Counted from the first letter of the stretch, positions 18,626-27,139 are shown. The stretch: DNA of 64,000 nucleotides from a virus (IMGVR_UViG_3300045988_039373:1-64000), one strand, 5' to 3'. Translations and numbers: made by a program. Notes: generated by a model not told the origin, from the letters alone.

Positions 18626-18673
18626 ATTCTGATACTGTTTTTAAAAGTTAGTAATTATTTATAGTTCAATAGG

Positions 18674-19090
18674 TTAACCCTTTCTTAGGTTCGCATTAAT
18701 AGTTCTTAATATATTTTCGCGTGACTCATAACATTTACAGATAGTTATGAACTTATTTGCTTTTTCTACAGCTTTTAAATACCTTTCATTGATAGAAGAG
18801 TATTTCTTGTTAAGGTTTGCCTTATGAGATACATATTCGTTATTCCATCTTTCATTAGCATCCTTATAATATAACCAGGCATTCGAATAAGCTTCTTCTT
18901 TTTCCCTTGCTAGAGCATCCCTTTCTTTTATATATTTATCTCTCAAAGAAGCAAGTACATAATAACTAGAAGGAGATTCTCGTAGCTGAGAATTAATGAT
19001 ATTCTCATTGATAGATAATTCCTTTTGTATATCAATCTCAATAAGTTTACCTTCAAATTTAACCTTTAGTTTTTTCAGTTCCGTCTTCAT
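18674..19090 (-). CDS. Hypothetical protein (138 aa); possible UvsY-like recombination mediator.
   Basis: The size, helical charged composition and position beside the UvsX-like and gp32-like genes fit. Only a weak by-eye resemblance to T4 UvsY. Confidence 0.4.
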   Translation of the reverse strand: MKTELKKLKVKFEGKLIEIDIQKELSINENIINSQLRESPSSYYVLASLRDKYIKERDALAREKEEAYSNAWLYYKDANERWNNEYVSHKANLNKKYSSINERYLKAVEKANKFITICKCYESRENILRTINANLRKG

Positions 19091-19580
19091 AAACTTCTAA
19101 TAGGTTTTTAAAGTCTTCTTTACTAAATTCTCCTTTGCTTATTGCTTTAGTTACTTGAGCAAAAGCCATTTGATAAGAGAGTTTCATACCGGGCAAATTA
19201 AGAAGAGATTTATAGATGCTTATCTTATCTACCAAAGCCATTAATCTTAAGTCGCATAAGTTATCAGTACCACCTCTATCTAGTAATGCTAAAAATGCAG
19301 CCCAATAAATATGGGTGGCATCTTCATAAGCAAGTTTACCATCCTCATCTGTAGCCATTACTTTAAAAGCTAATCCCTCTAAAGTAGTAAGATTAGTTTG
19401 TACTTGAGATAACTGAGTCTTTAATCGGTTAAGTAACATTTTTTCTTGTCCACTCAACCTTAGATTAACTACATCTAAGTACTTAAGTAAGTTTTCGATA
19501 GAATAACCTAAACACCCTGCAACCATATAAGTAAGGGCAGTTAATTTGCTTGCATTATCAATCTCTTTCTGTGTTGCCAT
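19059..19580 (-). CDS. Hypothetical protein (173 aa).
   Basis: ORF track; ATG at 19578-19580. Confidence 0.65.
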   Translation of the reverse strand: MATQKEIDNASKLTALTYMVAGCLGYSIENLLKYLDVVNLRLSGQEKMLLNRLKTQLSQVQTNLTTLEGLAFKVMATDEDGKLAYEDATHIYWAAFLALLDRGGTDNLCDLRLMALVDKISIYKSLLNLPGMKLSYQMAFAQVTKAISKGEFSKEDFKNLLEVYEDGTEKTKG

Positions 19581-19601
19581 AATTCCATAAATTTATATTA
19601 T

Positions 19602-19823
19602 TTATGTAGACATAGTATCTTCTCTTTTCGATTCTGTTATAATGGTTGATACAGATTCTGAATGCTTCAGATTAGTTTTACAATTAGGGCATTGTACTAT
19701 CCTAAAATAATCTCCAGATTTATTATAAACCCCAAAAGTTTCACTGGTATCATATTCAAATTCGCAATCACATACTGGGCATTTAGCCCTCCATACTGTG
19801 GGTCCGTTCAAAATCTTTTTCAT
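19602..19823 (-). CDS. Zinc-ribbon protein (73 aa).
   Basis: CPVCDC ... CPNCKT, two CxxC pairs. Confidence 0.6.
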   Translation of the reverse strand: MKKILNGPTVWRAKCPVCDCEFEYDTSETFGVYNKSGDYFRIVQCPNCKTNLKHSESVSTIITESKREDTMST

Positions 19824-20313
19824 AACGTTTTCTTTTCTTAATATATTTATATACTAACATGGGTGATAGCCCATACTTCCTAGCAAGTTTTGCTTTTATC
19901 ATACCAGTATCATACTCATAAAGTAATTGAAGTATATTGGGTCTACTTAACTTTGTATCTGAAAATTTAAACCTACCATCTCTAATACATTGTTGAGTAT
20001 TTTCCTTAGCAGTACCCCAATATAAGTTCTTATAATGATTATGAGTTCTTATATTATCCTTATGACATACATACTTATGATTATTTGGGTTTGGTACATA
20101 TACTAATGCTACTAATTGATGAATGTTATAAGTGTACCTATATCCATTCGTATCCCTAATAGAAACTATAACATATCCGTTATTTTTAATTCGATTAAGG
20201 GATAATTTTACCCAACCTTTACCCTTATAATTAGAATATACCTTACCATTCTTGGTAACATGGTAATTAGGGCAACCAATGCAATCTAAGTTTCCCTTTA
20301 AAATCTTCCTCAT
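19783..20313 (-). CDS. HNH homing endonuclease (NUMOD4 + HNH_3 type) with a C-terminal HTH; paralog of 31219-31800.
   Basis: YHVTKNGKVYS; IHQLVALVYVPNPNNHKYVCHKDNIRTHNHYKNLYWGTAKEN. It overlaps the last 47 nt of the DNA polymerase gene. Confidence 0.8.
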   Translation of the reverse strand: MRKILKGNLDCIGCPNYHVTKNGKVYSNYKGKGWVKLSLNRIKNNGYVIVSIRDTNGYRYTYNIHQLVALVYVPNPNNHKYVCHKDNIRTHNHYKNLYWGTAKENTQQCIRDGRFKFSDTKLSRPNILQLLYEYDTGMIKAKLARKYGLSPMLVYKYIKKRKRYEKDFERTHSMEG

Positions 20314-22564
20314 ACTGCTTTATCTCTTTACTAAACAATTTAGGATAATCCTTAATGATTACATTCTTATACTTCTTATGTTCTTCCATATACTCCTCTA
20401 CTGAGAAATCTGGTTGAAGCATCTTTCTATAATCATACCCAGGAATAAAAGGTAATTCTTCTGCCATTGACCTACCAATAGAGAAGTCCATTGACATATC
20501 TACATCATCCACTTGAAAACCAAAATATTTCTTAGTACTAGGGTTTCTCAATATATCCCATATTTTAAAAACAGTCCAAGTATTAATATATTCAGGCTTT
20601 GAGTAAAAATAGGCTGCATCATGAACAGTTGCTACTTCAAGCATACGAGGTAATTTACCTTGTCTCATTAACCAATAAACAAGGATAGCTCCAAAATTAG
20701 TCATATTTGCTGCAGCACCTTGACATGGGAAATTAAGTCCCAAACGGATGGCATAAGCAACTTCTTGTTTATCATTTGAGTATATTTGGGGTAATCTTCT
20801 CTTAGTACCAAATAACTGGGTATAATATCCATGCTTACGAAGGAATTTCTCTTGTTTCTCTTTGAACTTAAGTATCTTTGGGTGTTTCTTAAAGAACTCA
20901 TCCATCTCCTTACGAGCTTCCTCTTTAGTAACTATAATACCAGCTTTTGGGTCTGATAATTTTACTGCTAGCAAAGCATCTCCAATTCCATAGATAAGCC
21001 CAAATGCAATTTGCTTAGCTTGTTTTCTTCTAGTCTTCCAAAGCTTATGGTCAGGGTGACTTTCGTCTTCGTATATTTTACTGGCTTCCTCAATTGGAAC
21101 CCCATATTTTGCTGCTGCTATACCAAGGTGAGGGTCTACGCCCTTTGCAAATGCTTCCAGATAAGTTTCATCACCTGATAAATGAGCCATCATTCTTAAC
21201 TCTGCCTGTGAGTAGTCGAATGCCATATATAGATAACCTGGAGGAGCTACCAATTGTTTCTTAATATTTGGGTCTACTGTTGTCTTTGGGATCTGCTGCA
21301 TATTTGGGTCTGCAGAACTAAACCTATTAGAGTCAGTACCATGTATGTTATATCTACCATGTAATCGAGAATCATCTTGTACCTTTTCCCACCACCCATA
21401 AATATAAGTCTTATACATTTTCTCTAACCCTCTTAGTTCGAGAAGTTTATCCAAGAATATTGCCTTTGGTGAATCTGGCTTTTTAATGGTTAACCTTAAG
21501 TTAGTAAGAGTTTCTTCATCAGTACTTGGTTTACCAGATTCATTATCCTTAATCACATCAAAATGAAAACCATCATCCGAATACATCAATGCAGGTAAAT
21601 CAACTGGACTACCCAAATTAATGGGTCTTATTAATTCTTGTTCCTTTTTAGTTGTGAATATACCTGCCTTGATATTTGAAATTTTCTGTTCCCTTGATGC
21701 AATCTTACGTTTATCCTTTGGGTCATTATAATCTAACTCTTCAAGTTCTGATTCGATAGATTGGATATACTTATCAATCTTTTCTTGGTTATATTTCTTT
21801 TCAAATTTCTTTACTCTTGGCAAAGCATATATTGAGTCTCTAGCAGCATCTATTTTTGGTTTATATTCTTCTAAAAGCTTTTTATTGAACTCGGTATCTA
21901 GATATAAACCCTCTTTCTCTACTGAAGTAAGTACTCGTGAATTACACATAAATAAATTACGGAATACAGAATACATACCTAAGTCAATTAGTTTCTTCTC
22001 AAAGAATATCATTAACCTAAGAGTATAATCCGTATCTTGACATCCATAATGACAAAGTGGGTCTAATTCTTTTTCATCCCAAGGTATCTTATCGAAAGCA
22101 TCTTGTTTCTCATAATTACCATACTCGGGCAGATATCTTCTTACCATTGATTTTAGGTCATGAGGTTTTTCCTCATTAAGAACATATTTTGCAAGCATAC
22201 CATCTAAACAAGTACCCCTATAGAATATTTGATACTTTTGGTTTATCTGGTCATCAAACTTCCAATTCCATGCAACCTTTACAATGTCATAATTCTCAAT
22301 TACCTCTTCCCCAAATTTCCTTAGCATCTTTTTCCAATTCCAACCGGGTGAAGTATAATCTTTTGTTTCGAAATGGTCTAAAGGAATGGAAGCACCAAAC
22401 CCTGGCATCCAGGATACTGAGAGTATAGTTGGCTTAAAACCCTTATTATATATAGGTTCTGCATTTGTTTCATAATCACAGCAAGCATAACCCGTAGCTT
22501 TACAACAATCAATAAGTTTCTTAAGCTCCCTCTTGTTTTTTATTATTGTATACCGTGTCTCCAT
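20267..22564 (-). CDS. Family A DNA polymerase with a 3'-5' proofreading domain.
   Basis: Exo I CCDYETN, Exo II WNWKFDD, Exo III YGCQDTDY. Motif A FDYSQAELRMMAH, motif B RRKQAKQIAFGLIYG, motif C TVHDAAYF. Confidence 0.9.
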   Translation of the reverse strand: METRYTIIKNKRELKKLIDCCKATGYACCDYETNAEPIYNKGFKPTILSVSWMPGFGASIPLDHFETKDYTSPGWNWKKMLRKFGEEVIENYDIVKVAWNWKFDDQINQKYQIFYRGTCLDGMLAKYVLNEEKPHDLKSMVRRYLPEYGNYEKQDAFDKIPWDEKELDPLCHYGCQDTDYTLRLMIFFEKKLIDLGMYSVFRNLFMCNSRVLTSVEKEGLYLDTEFNKKLLEEYKPKIDAARDSIYALPRVKKFEKKYNQEKIDKYIQSIESELEELDYNDPKDKRKIASREQKISNIKAGIFTTKKEQELIRPINLGSPVDLPALMYSDDGFHFDVIKDNESGKPSTDEETLTNLRLTIKKPDSPKAIFLDKLLELRGLEKMYKTYIYGWWEKVQDDSRLHGRYNIHGTDSNRFSSADPNMQQIPKTTVDPNIKKQLVAPPGYLYMAFDYSQAELRMMAHLSGDETYLEAFAKGVDPHLGIAAAKYGVPIEEASKIYEDESHPDHKLWKTRRKQAKQIAFGLIYGIGDALLAVKLSDPKAGIIVTKEEARKEMDEFFKKHPKILKFKEKQEKFLRKHGYYTQLFGTKRRLPQIYSNDKQEVAYAIRLGLNFPCQGAAANMTNFGAILVYWLMRQGKLPRMLEVATVHDAAYFYSKPEYINTWTVFKIWDILRNPSTKKYFGFQVDDVDMSMDFSIGRSMAEELPFIPGYDYRKMLQPDFSVEEYMEEHKKYKNVIIKDYPKLFSKEIKQYEEDFKGKLRLHWLP

Positions 22565-22580
22565 ATTTTAAAATAGAAAA

Positions 22581-22613
22581 AGGGACATACCCACCAGTAG
22601 TAGATACATCCCT
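22581..22613 (-). terminator. Intrinsic terminator between the ThyA-like gene and the DNA polymerase gene.
   Basis: The minus-sense RNA can pair AGGGAUGUAU with GUAUGUCCCU (10 bp including 3 G-U pairs), followed by TTTTTCTATTTT. Confidence 0.5.
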
Positions 22614-22618
22614 CATTA

Positions 22619-23362
22619 TTAGTATTTCTCTTGTAAGTCTTCCAGATTAGAAGCTAATGCTGTCCAATCTTTCTTATAAGAATGAAGAGAATCAATAGTA
22701 TGATATAGATAACCTGGTTTTACTCCTACCTCTTTAGCTACATATTCCATTAGTCTCCATGCAAGGTATACATCATTACCAAAGTGAGTAACAAAGTCCG
22801 AACTTCTTTGGTGATAGCAAATGTGTAATACCTTTTCTCCTTTACCATTCTGACGGATAAGGAAGTCATAATACATAGAGCAGGGTATACGTCTACTACC
22901 ATCATACCAATCGGTATCTAATCCGTCCATATCACCATTGAATATTGGTAATACTGCTTTACGAGTGTCATTATCGTCCTTCAGTAATCTTATCAATGGT
23001 TTAATAACATGGATGATTCTCTCATTATAGGTATAATCAAATTTACCATTTACCAAGAACTGTTCCCATAAATCTTTTCTTAATTCCCAAGCTTTACCTG
23101 GATTAATTATATCAGAGGTATCAATCCTTTCTTGGAACTCAGCATCTGCCCATTCCTTTGAATGTGAGAATACAAATAACCATACTGGGTCTCCCAATGA
23201 AGTTAAGCAATATTGTTGGCAAATGAGTTCTTTAGTAATAAAATCCTCATTACCTTCAATCACTTTATTCTGATAGGTCTTTGGTTTTACAGTTTGACCA
23301 TAACTGTTGAGTTCTCTGCCCATTTCGGACATTAACTCAAAACTGTTAGAATATATCCTCAT
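22619..23362 (-). CDS. Thymidylate-synthase-family pyrimidine C5 transferase resembling a dCMP hydroxymethylase.
   Basis: RIPCSMYYDF (nucleophile Cys), HQRSSDFVTHFGNDVY and DSLHSY. Asp occupies the ungapped position equivalent to ThyA Asn177. Length 247 aa. Confidence 0.7.
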   Translation of the reverse strand: MRIYSNSFELMSEMGRELNSYGQTVKPKTYQNKVIEGNEDFITKELICQQYCLTSLGDPVWLFVFSHSKEWADAEFQERIDTSDIINPGKAWELRKDLWEQFLVNGKFDYTYNERIIHVIKPLIRLLKDDNDTRKAVLPIFNGDMDGLDTDWYDGSRRIPCSMYYDFLIRQNGKGEKVLHICYHQRSSDFVTHFGNDVYLAWRLMEYVAKEVGVKPGYLYHTIDSLHSYKKDWTALASNLEDLQEKY

Positions 23363-23375
23363 ATAATATAAATAT

Positions 23376-23570
23376 TTAATTGTATGACATTGTAGAACTA
23401 ACCCAGGTCATATGCCAGTAGCGATATACAAAATCATCAAAATCCTCTACCTCTTTTAATAACAAGGGTATATCTGGTTCTCCCCCGTTCTTTTTAATCT
23501 CAAAAACTTGGTAATAGAATTTGTTTACTAATCCTATACGCTTCTGATTTAAAAATTCCTTAGCTTCCAT
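23376..23570 (-). CDS. Hypothetical protein (64 aa).
   Basis: ORF track; ATG at 23568-23570. Confidence 0.55.
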   Translation of the reverse strand: MEAKEFLNQKRIGLVNKFYYQVFEIKKNGGEPDIPLLLKEVEDFDDFVYRYWHMTWVSSTMSYN

Positions 23571-24480
23571 TGTTCTTTTGTTTTAAAAGTTTCTTTTTAT
23601 AGGCTTTACGTTGAGAGTAAGAGATTACATTCTCCGGGTATTCTATATCCTCGTATTCAAGAAGTAATTCTTTTGCTTTCATTGATTTATATGTTTCCTC
23701 ATATAAATCTGGTCGAAGCACTTTAAAACTTCTAAAGAATACCTTGAATGAAGAAAATTCCTTCTCGGTACCATTTTGGAATTTTTTCCATATCTCTTTT
23801 ATCCTCTTATTCCATGAATTCTCTTCTGCTCCCTTAAGTACCTTCTTCAAAGGTTTATGGGTATGATACATTAGAAGTGTCTCCACATTTCCGTACATTT
23901 GAGTCGCAAATAGGTTGATTTGTACTGACTGGTCCGGCCCATATACGTACTCTGACATTCGTTGAATTAATAGGAAATCGAATATTAACCTCTTGGTAAT
24001 CTCCGAAGCCCGAACTACCATTGTAATAACTGGGATGTCTTCCCCGAATCGTTTTGAAAAAGTCGCAGCTATTAGACATTGTTTACCGTTATCATGGTGA
24101 TTGTTAAACATATAAGTTATATTGTAATTCTGATTATACTTATTTCTCAGTACTCTCAGTTTACTACGCAACAAGTCAAGCTTATTAAAGTCTATGTAGT
24201 TATTCAATAAGCTAGTCCACTTAGTTTCTTTATAATTGAAACATCTCCCATAATCAAATTCTGGGTCTACCCAGGCATTGCGTATCTTTATGAATACGTT
24301 ATACACTACTGCTACCCCACTATTGGCAATAGCCCCCTTTGCAAATAAAGCAGGCTCTAATCTTAGGAATCCCTCATTGAGTTTTTCCCATGCCTCTTGT
24401 GAAGTAGCAAATTCTAACGAATGGAGGGACTCCTCCGGATTAAGTTGAAGTCCCTCTAATTTATGGTTCCATCCTGACAT
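23560..24480 (-). CDS. Hypothetical protein (306 aa); possible second, highly divergent ThyA-fold paralog.
   Basis: The track ORF is trimmed to the ATG at 24478-24480 (MSGWNHK), directly after the upstream stop. GKQCLIAATF ... VVRASEITKRLIFDFLLIQRM ... INLFATQMYGN loosely parallels the PCHxxxQF, QRSxD and HxY motifs. Confidence 0.45.
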   Translation of the reverse strand: MSGWNHKLEGLQLNPEESLHSLEFATSQEAWEKLNEGFLRLEPALFAKGAIANSGVAVVYNVFIKIRNAWVDPEFDYGRCFNYKETKWTSLLNNYIDFNKLDLLRSKLRVLRNKYNQNYNITYMFNNHHDNGKQCLIAATFSKRFGEDIPVITMVVRASEITKRLIFDFLLIQRMSEYVYGPDQSVQINLFATQMYGNVETLLMYHTHKPLKKVLKGAEENSWNKRIKEIWKKFQNGTEKEFSSFKVFFRSFKVLRPDLYEETYKSMKAKELLLEYEDIEYPENVISYSQRKAYKKKLLKQKNNGS

Positions 24481-24481
24481 G

Positions 24482-25327
24482 CTAGTAATTAGTATTTTGT
24501 CTCCATAAATTGAGACGTTGTTTTTTAAAGAATAAACTAAATAATCCACAAGGAGTAAACCCATTCATGGCTAAAAATCCCATATAGAGATAGAATGACT
24601 TTACCAAAGATTCCTGAAAATCTATTTCTTTGGTCATCACTTGAGTTTGTTTCCAGGGTCTACATTTAAGGAAGTTCCTTGCTTTATTAAGTTCATATAT
24701 TACTTCCCATAAATATAGCTTCTCATTTTCATGAGATATCTCGCTCATTTCATGAAAACCTGGGGTATAAGAAACTATCTTATCATATTCTGCTCTATCT
24801 TCTCTTGCCCAATCAGTTGGACTTAGTATAGGGTATTTCCTTACACTTCGATGGTCTGGGTACTTGATGAGTAAGTCTTTGACTCCAATTGCCATTACCT
24901 CAAATAAACTCTTTGCATCTTGGTATTTTAATATATCTTCTGGCAATATATTAGAATACAAAAGCAAAGTAAAGAAGAATCCCAAGGCATCTGCTTGTTC
25001 CTCATTTGCATTTGCTAGATGATTTAATACCTGAGTATATTCCTCTGAGGTTAAACAATCATTATTCCATCCATAATCACGATATATAGATACTACTTCA
25101 TCGGTAGATTCGAATCCTTCAGTTAACTCTTCAATAACTCTACCAATAAAATCCTTTAGAATAACTTGGCTCTTTGGATTATTTATATCTAATGGGTAAT
25201 CTGGTAGCTTTTCTATGGATTTATACCCAGAGAATTGCTCTATCCCAAGAACATACATTTCTTGTAATATCCGTGCCTCAGTTTCTTCTACCTGAGGCAC
25301 TTGTTCATTTATATTCCTGATGTCCAT
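24482..25327 (-). CDS. MazG-like all-alpha NTP pyrophosphohydrolase (tentative).
   Basis: VIEELTEGFES (EExxExxE) and ANEEQADALGFFFTLL. Confidence 0.5.
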   Translation of the reverse strand: MDIRNINEQVPQVEETEARILQEMYVLGIEQFSGYKSIEKLPDYPLDINNPKSQVILKDFIGRVIEELTEGFESTDEVVSIYRDYGWNNDCLTSEEYTQVLNHLANANEEQADALGFFFTLLLYSNILPEDILKYQDAKSLFEVMAIGVKDLLIKYPDHRSVRKYPILSPTDWAREDRAEYDKIVSYTPGFHEMSEISHENEKLYLWEVIYELNKARNFLKCRPWKQTQVMTKEIDFQESLVKSFYLYMGFLAMNGFTPCGLFSLFFKKQRLNLWRQNTNY

Positions 25328-25329
25328 GA

Positions 25330-25869
25330 TTATTTACTTCCTGATGAACCAAAACCATTCCCTCCTCTACTTCCCCACATCTGGGATTCAGTATAAAATT
25401 CCTCTTGTTGAATCTCTTCTGGTTCAGTAATATAGATAGGTACATGAATAAATTGTACCAGCTTCTGGCCAGCCTCAATAACCTGGGCTTCTTGAGAAGT
25501 GTTGTATACTCCAATGTGTATCTCTCCAACATAGGGAGAATCTACTATCTCGGCAGTAAAGATTAACCCTTTCTTAGTAGCTATACCAGATTTGTTTGCT
25601 GCCATTAACATAGATGCAGGAGGTTCTAGCAAACCTTTGATACCTGATGGGATAAGTATACGATGACCTGGTTTTAAAGCTATATGCCTTACGAATGATT
25701 CACTAAAGGGTATATCCAAATCATATCCTCCTGAATCAAATTCATTCTTAGAGTGGATATCCTCTGAAGTCAAGTTGGTTGGTACATAAAAATCTAACCC
25801 AGCATCATTTGGGTTTGCTCTGTTGGGAGATACTACCTCCCTTACTTTGATAAATCTAAATCTGTTCAT
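25330..25869 (-). CDS. dut: Trimeric dUTPase.
   Basis: All five motifs are present: DAGLDF, ANKSG, EIVDSPYVGEIHIGVYN, GQKLVQF and SRGGNGFGSSG. Confidence 0.9.
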   Translation of the reverse strand: MNRFRFIKVREVVSPNRANPNDAGLDFYVPTNLTSEDIHSKNEFDSGGYDLDIPFSESFVRHIALKPGHRILIPSGIKGLLEPPASMLMAANKSGIATKKGLIFTAEIVDSPYVGEIHIGVYNTSQEAQVIEAGQKLVQFIHVPIYITEPEEIQQEEFYTESQMWGSRGGNGFGSSGSK

Positions 25870-26072
25870 AATATATTACATTTACGTAAAAGTTGTCCAA
25901 AGGTTAATTTCTCGGGTCTAGAAACATGTACTCCCAATGAATTACACATTCTAATTACATCGGTAGAACCTTCCATACACAAATTAGCAAGTACATCACT
26001 TTGCTTTACAAAATAGTTTGGGTTGTTAAGGTATACCTTGAACATAGCCCATATCATCTCTATTGGTTTCAT
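25866..26072 (-). CDS. Hypothetical protein (68 aa).
   Basis: ORF track; 4-nt overlaps on both sides. Confidence 0.55.
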   Translation of the reverse strand: MKPIEMIWAMFKVYLNNPNYFVKQSDVLANLCMEGSTDVIRMCNSLGVHVSRPEKLTFGQLLRKCNIL

Positions 26073-26455
26073 TATTTAATACACTCTTTATAAAGTTCTC
26101 TAATACGTTTTCTAGGTACTTCAAATTTCTCAACGGTTTTGGTAATAACCTCTTTTCTGTCTTTCCCTTTCCGAATCAAGCCTCGGATGTATTTCTTGAT
26201 ACCAACCGTATCTTCTAATACATCCAAATCCTTGTATTGATTCTTCTGTTCTAGCTCTTTCCTTGTGATATTCAAGTTCTGAGACATCTTGAATGCACAT
26301 AATTCTGAGTCTCCGCATAGCTTACACTCTTTAGTTGATAGGTCATACCCAATACCGAAGCAAGGGTCTCCATTAGTTCCCAGAGTACTAACATCTATGG
26401 GAGTAAGGATATCTTGCTTCGATAAGTCAGGAAGTTGTTTCTTTTTCTTAGCCAT
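26072..26455 (-). CDS. Hypothetical protein (127 aa).
   Basis: ORF track; ATG at 26453-26455. Confidence 0.65.
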   Translation of the reverse strand: MAKKKKQLPDLSKQDILTPIDVSTLGTNGDPCFGIGYDLSTKECKLCGDSELCAFKMSQNLNITRKELEQKNQYKDLDVLEDTVGIKKYIRGLIRKGKDRKEVITKTVEKFEVPRKRIRELYKECIK

Positions 26456-26473
26456 TATAGGTCTTTTTTATGT

Positions 26474-26782
26474 TTATAAATAAATGTATATTTCACTGTT
26501 ATCTTCTATGGGAACATAGGAATAACCGATGTTATTAATAAATAGTTCCCTGAGTTTATATAATTCTTGGTATGAATTTCTATCATGGCTCTCTTGACAT
26601 ACTTTGACTACCATACCATTACTCCAGTACAAACAAAAGAAATGAGTAAAGCATTCGGGAGTATTTTGAGAAGTTTCCAAGCTTGATATCCATATCAAAT
26701 CTCTACAGTTGAATACATGTTTAGGATTATGTACCTCCCCAACAACAAGAGATTTAAACCATTCCCTAATCTTCTTCATCAT
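26474..26782 (-). CDS. Hypothetical protein (102 aa).
   Basis: The track ORF 26474-26896 is trimmed to the ATG pair at 26777-26782 (MMKKIREW), leaving a 17-nt overlap with the upstream gene. Confidence 0.5.
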   Translation of the reverse strand: MMKKIREWFKSLVVGEVHNPKHVFNCRDLIWISSLETSQNTPECFTHFFCLYWSNGMVVKVCQESHDRNSYQELYKLRELFINNIGYSYVPIEDNSEIYIYL

Positions 26783-26972
26783 AAGTGTAATTAATGTGTT
26801 TACAATTGGGACAGACCCATTCTTTGAAAGGCCATCCCTTAATTTCCAAATCCTTTTTATGAAAACGTTTCTTACATGAATGACATTGATAGCCATCCTT
26901 AGAAAGTATGAAGTCTAAAGCGAGTATTATTATCATAATAACAACCGCTGTAATTAAAATATATTTCTCCAT
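26766..26972 (-). CDS. Small membrane-anchored zinc-ribbon protein (68 aa).
   Basis: The ATG is at 26970-26972 (the track start was GTG). N-terminal TM segment ILITAVVIMIIILALDFIL, then CHSCKK ... CPNCKH. Confidence 0.55.
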   Translation of the reverse strand: MEKYILITAVVIMIIILALDFILSKDGYQCHSCKKRFHKKDLEIKGWPFKEWVCPNCKHINYTYDEED

Positions 26973-27139
26973 CACTGAAAGCCTTTGATTTTCTTTTTAG
27001 TGTTATTGGGTTTCCTTAAAAGTACCCAGCAATAAATACCGGATGCAGAGATTTGGATTATCTTCCAACCATCTGATAATAGAGTAGTTAGTTTAGTATC
27101 ATCCTCATCTCTGATACATATTAGTTTATCATTATTCAT
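26972..27139 (-). CDS. Small ORF (55 aa) below the track threshold.
   Basis: I translated it by hand: MNNDKLICIRDEDDTKLTTLLSDGWKIIQISASGIYCWVLLRKPNNTKKKIKGFQ. Its TGA shares one nt with the next ATG, and it fills an otherwise empty 240-nt gap. Confidence 0.35.
   Translation of the reverse strand: MNNDKLICIRDEDDTKLTTLLSDGWKIIQISASGIYCWVLLRKPNNTKKKIKGFQ

Noticed and set aside
25305-25532. Short ORFs nested in other frames of well-supported genes: 25305-25532 in dut, 311-535, 4729-4956, 13436-13636, 16463-16720, 20701-20901, 23855-24079, 26130-26318, 34372-34566, 45938-46174, 47394-47597, 53533-53730, 54907-55107, 56396-56590, 58706-58921 and 60557-60748.
   Set aside because: Each is fully contained in a longer ORF with recognisable motifs or better context. 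They show no independent start context, and their composition is typical of off-frame translation.
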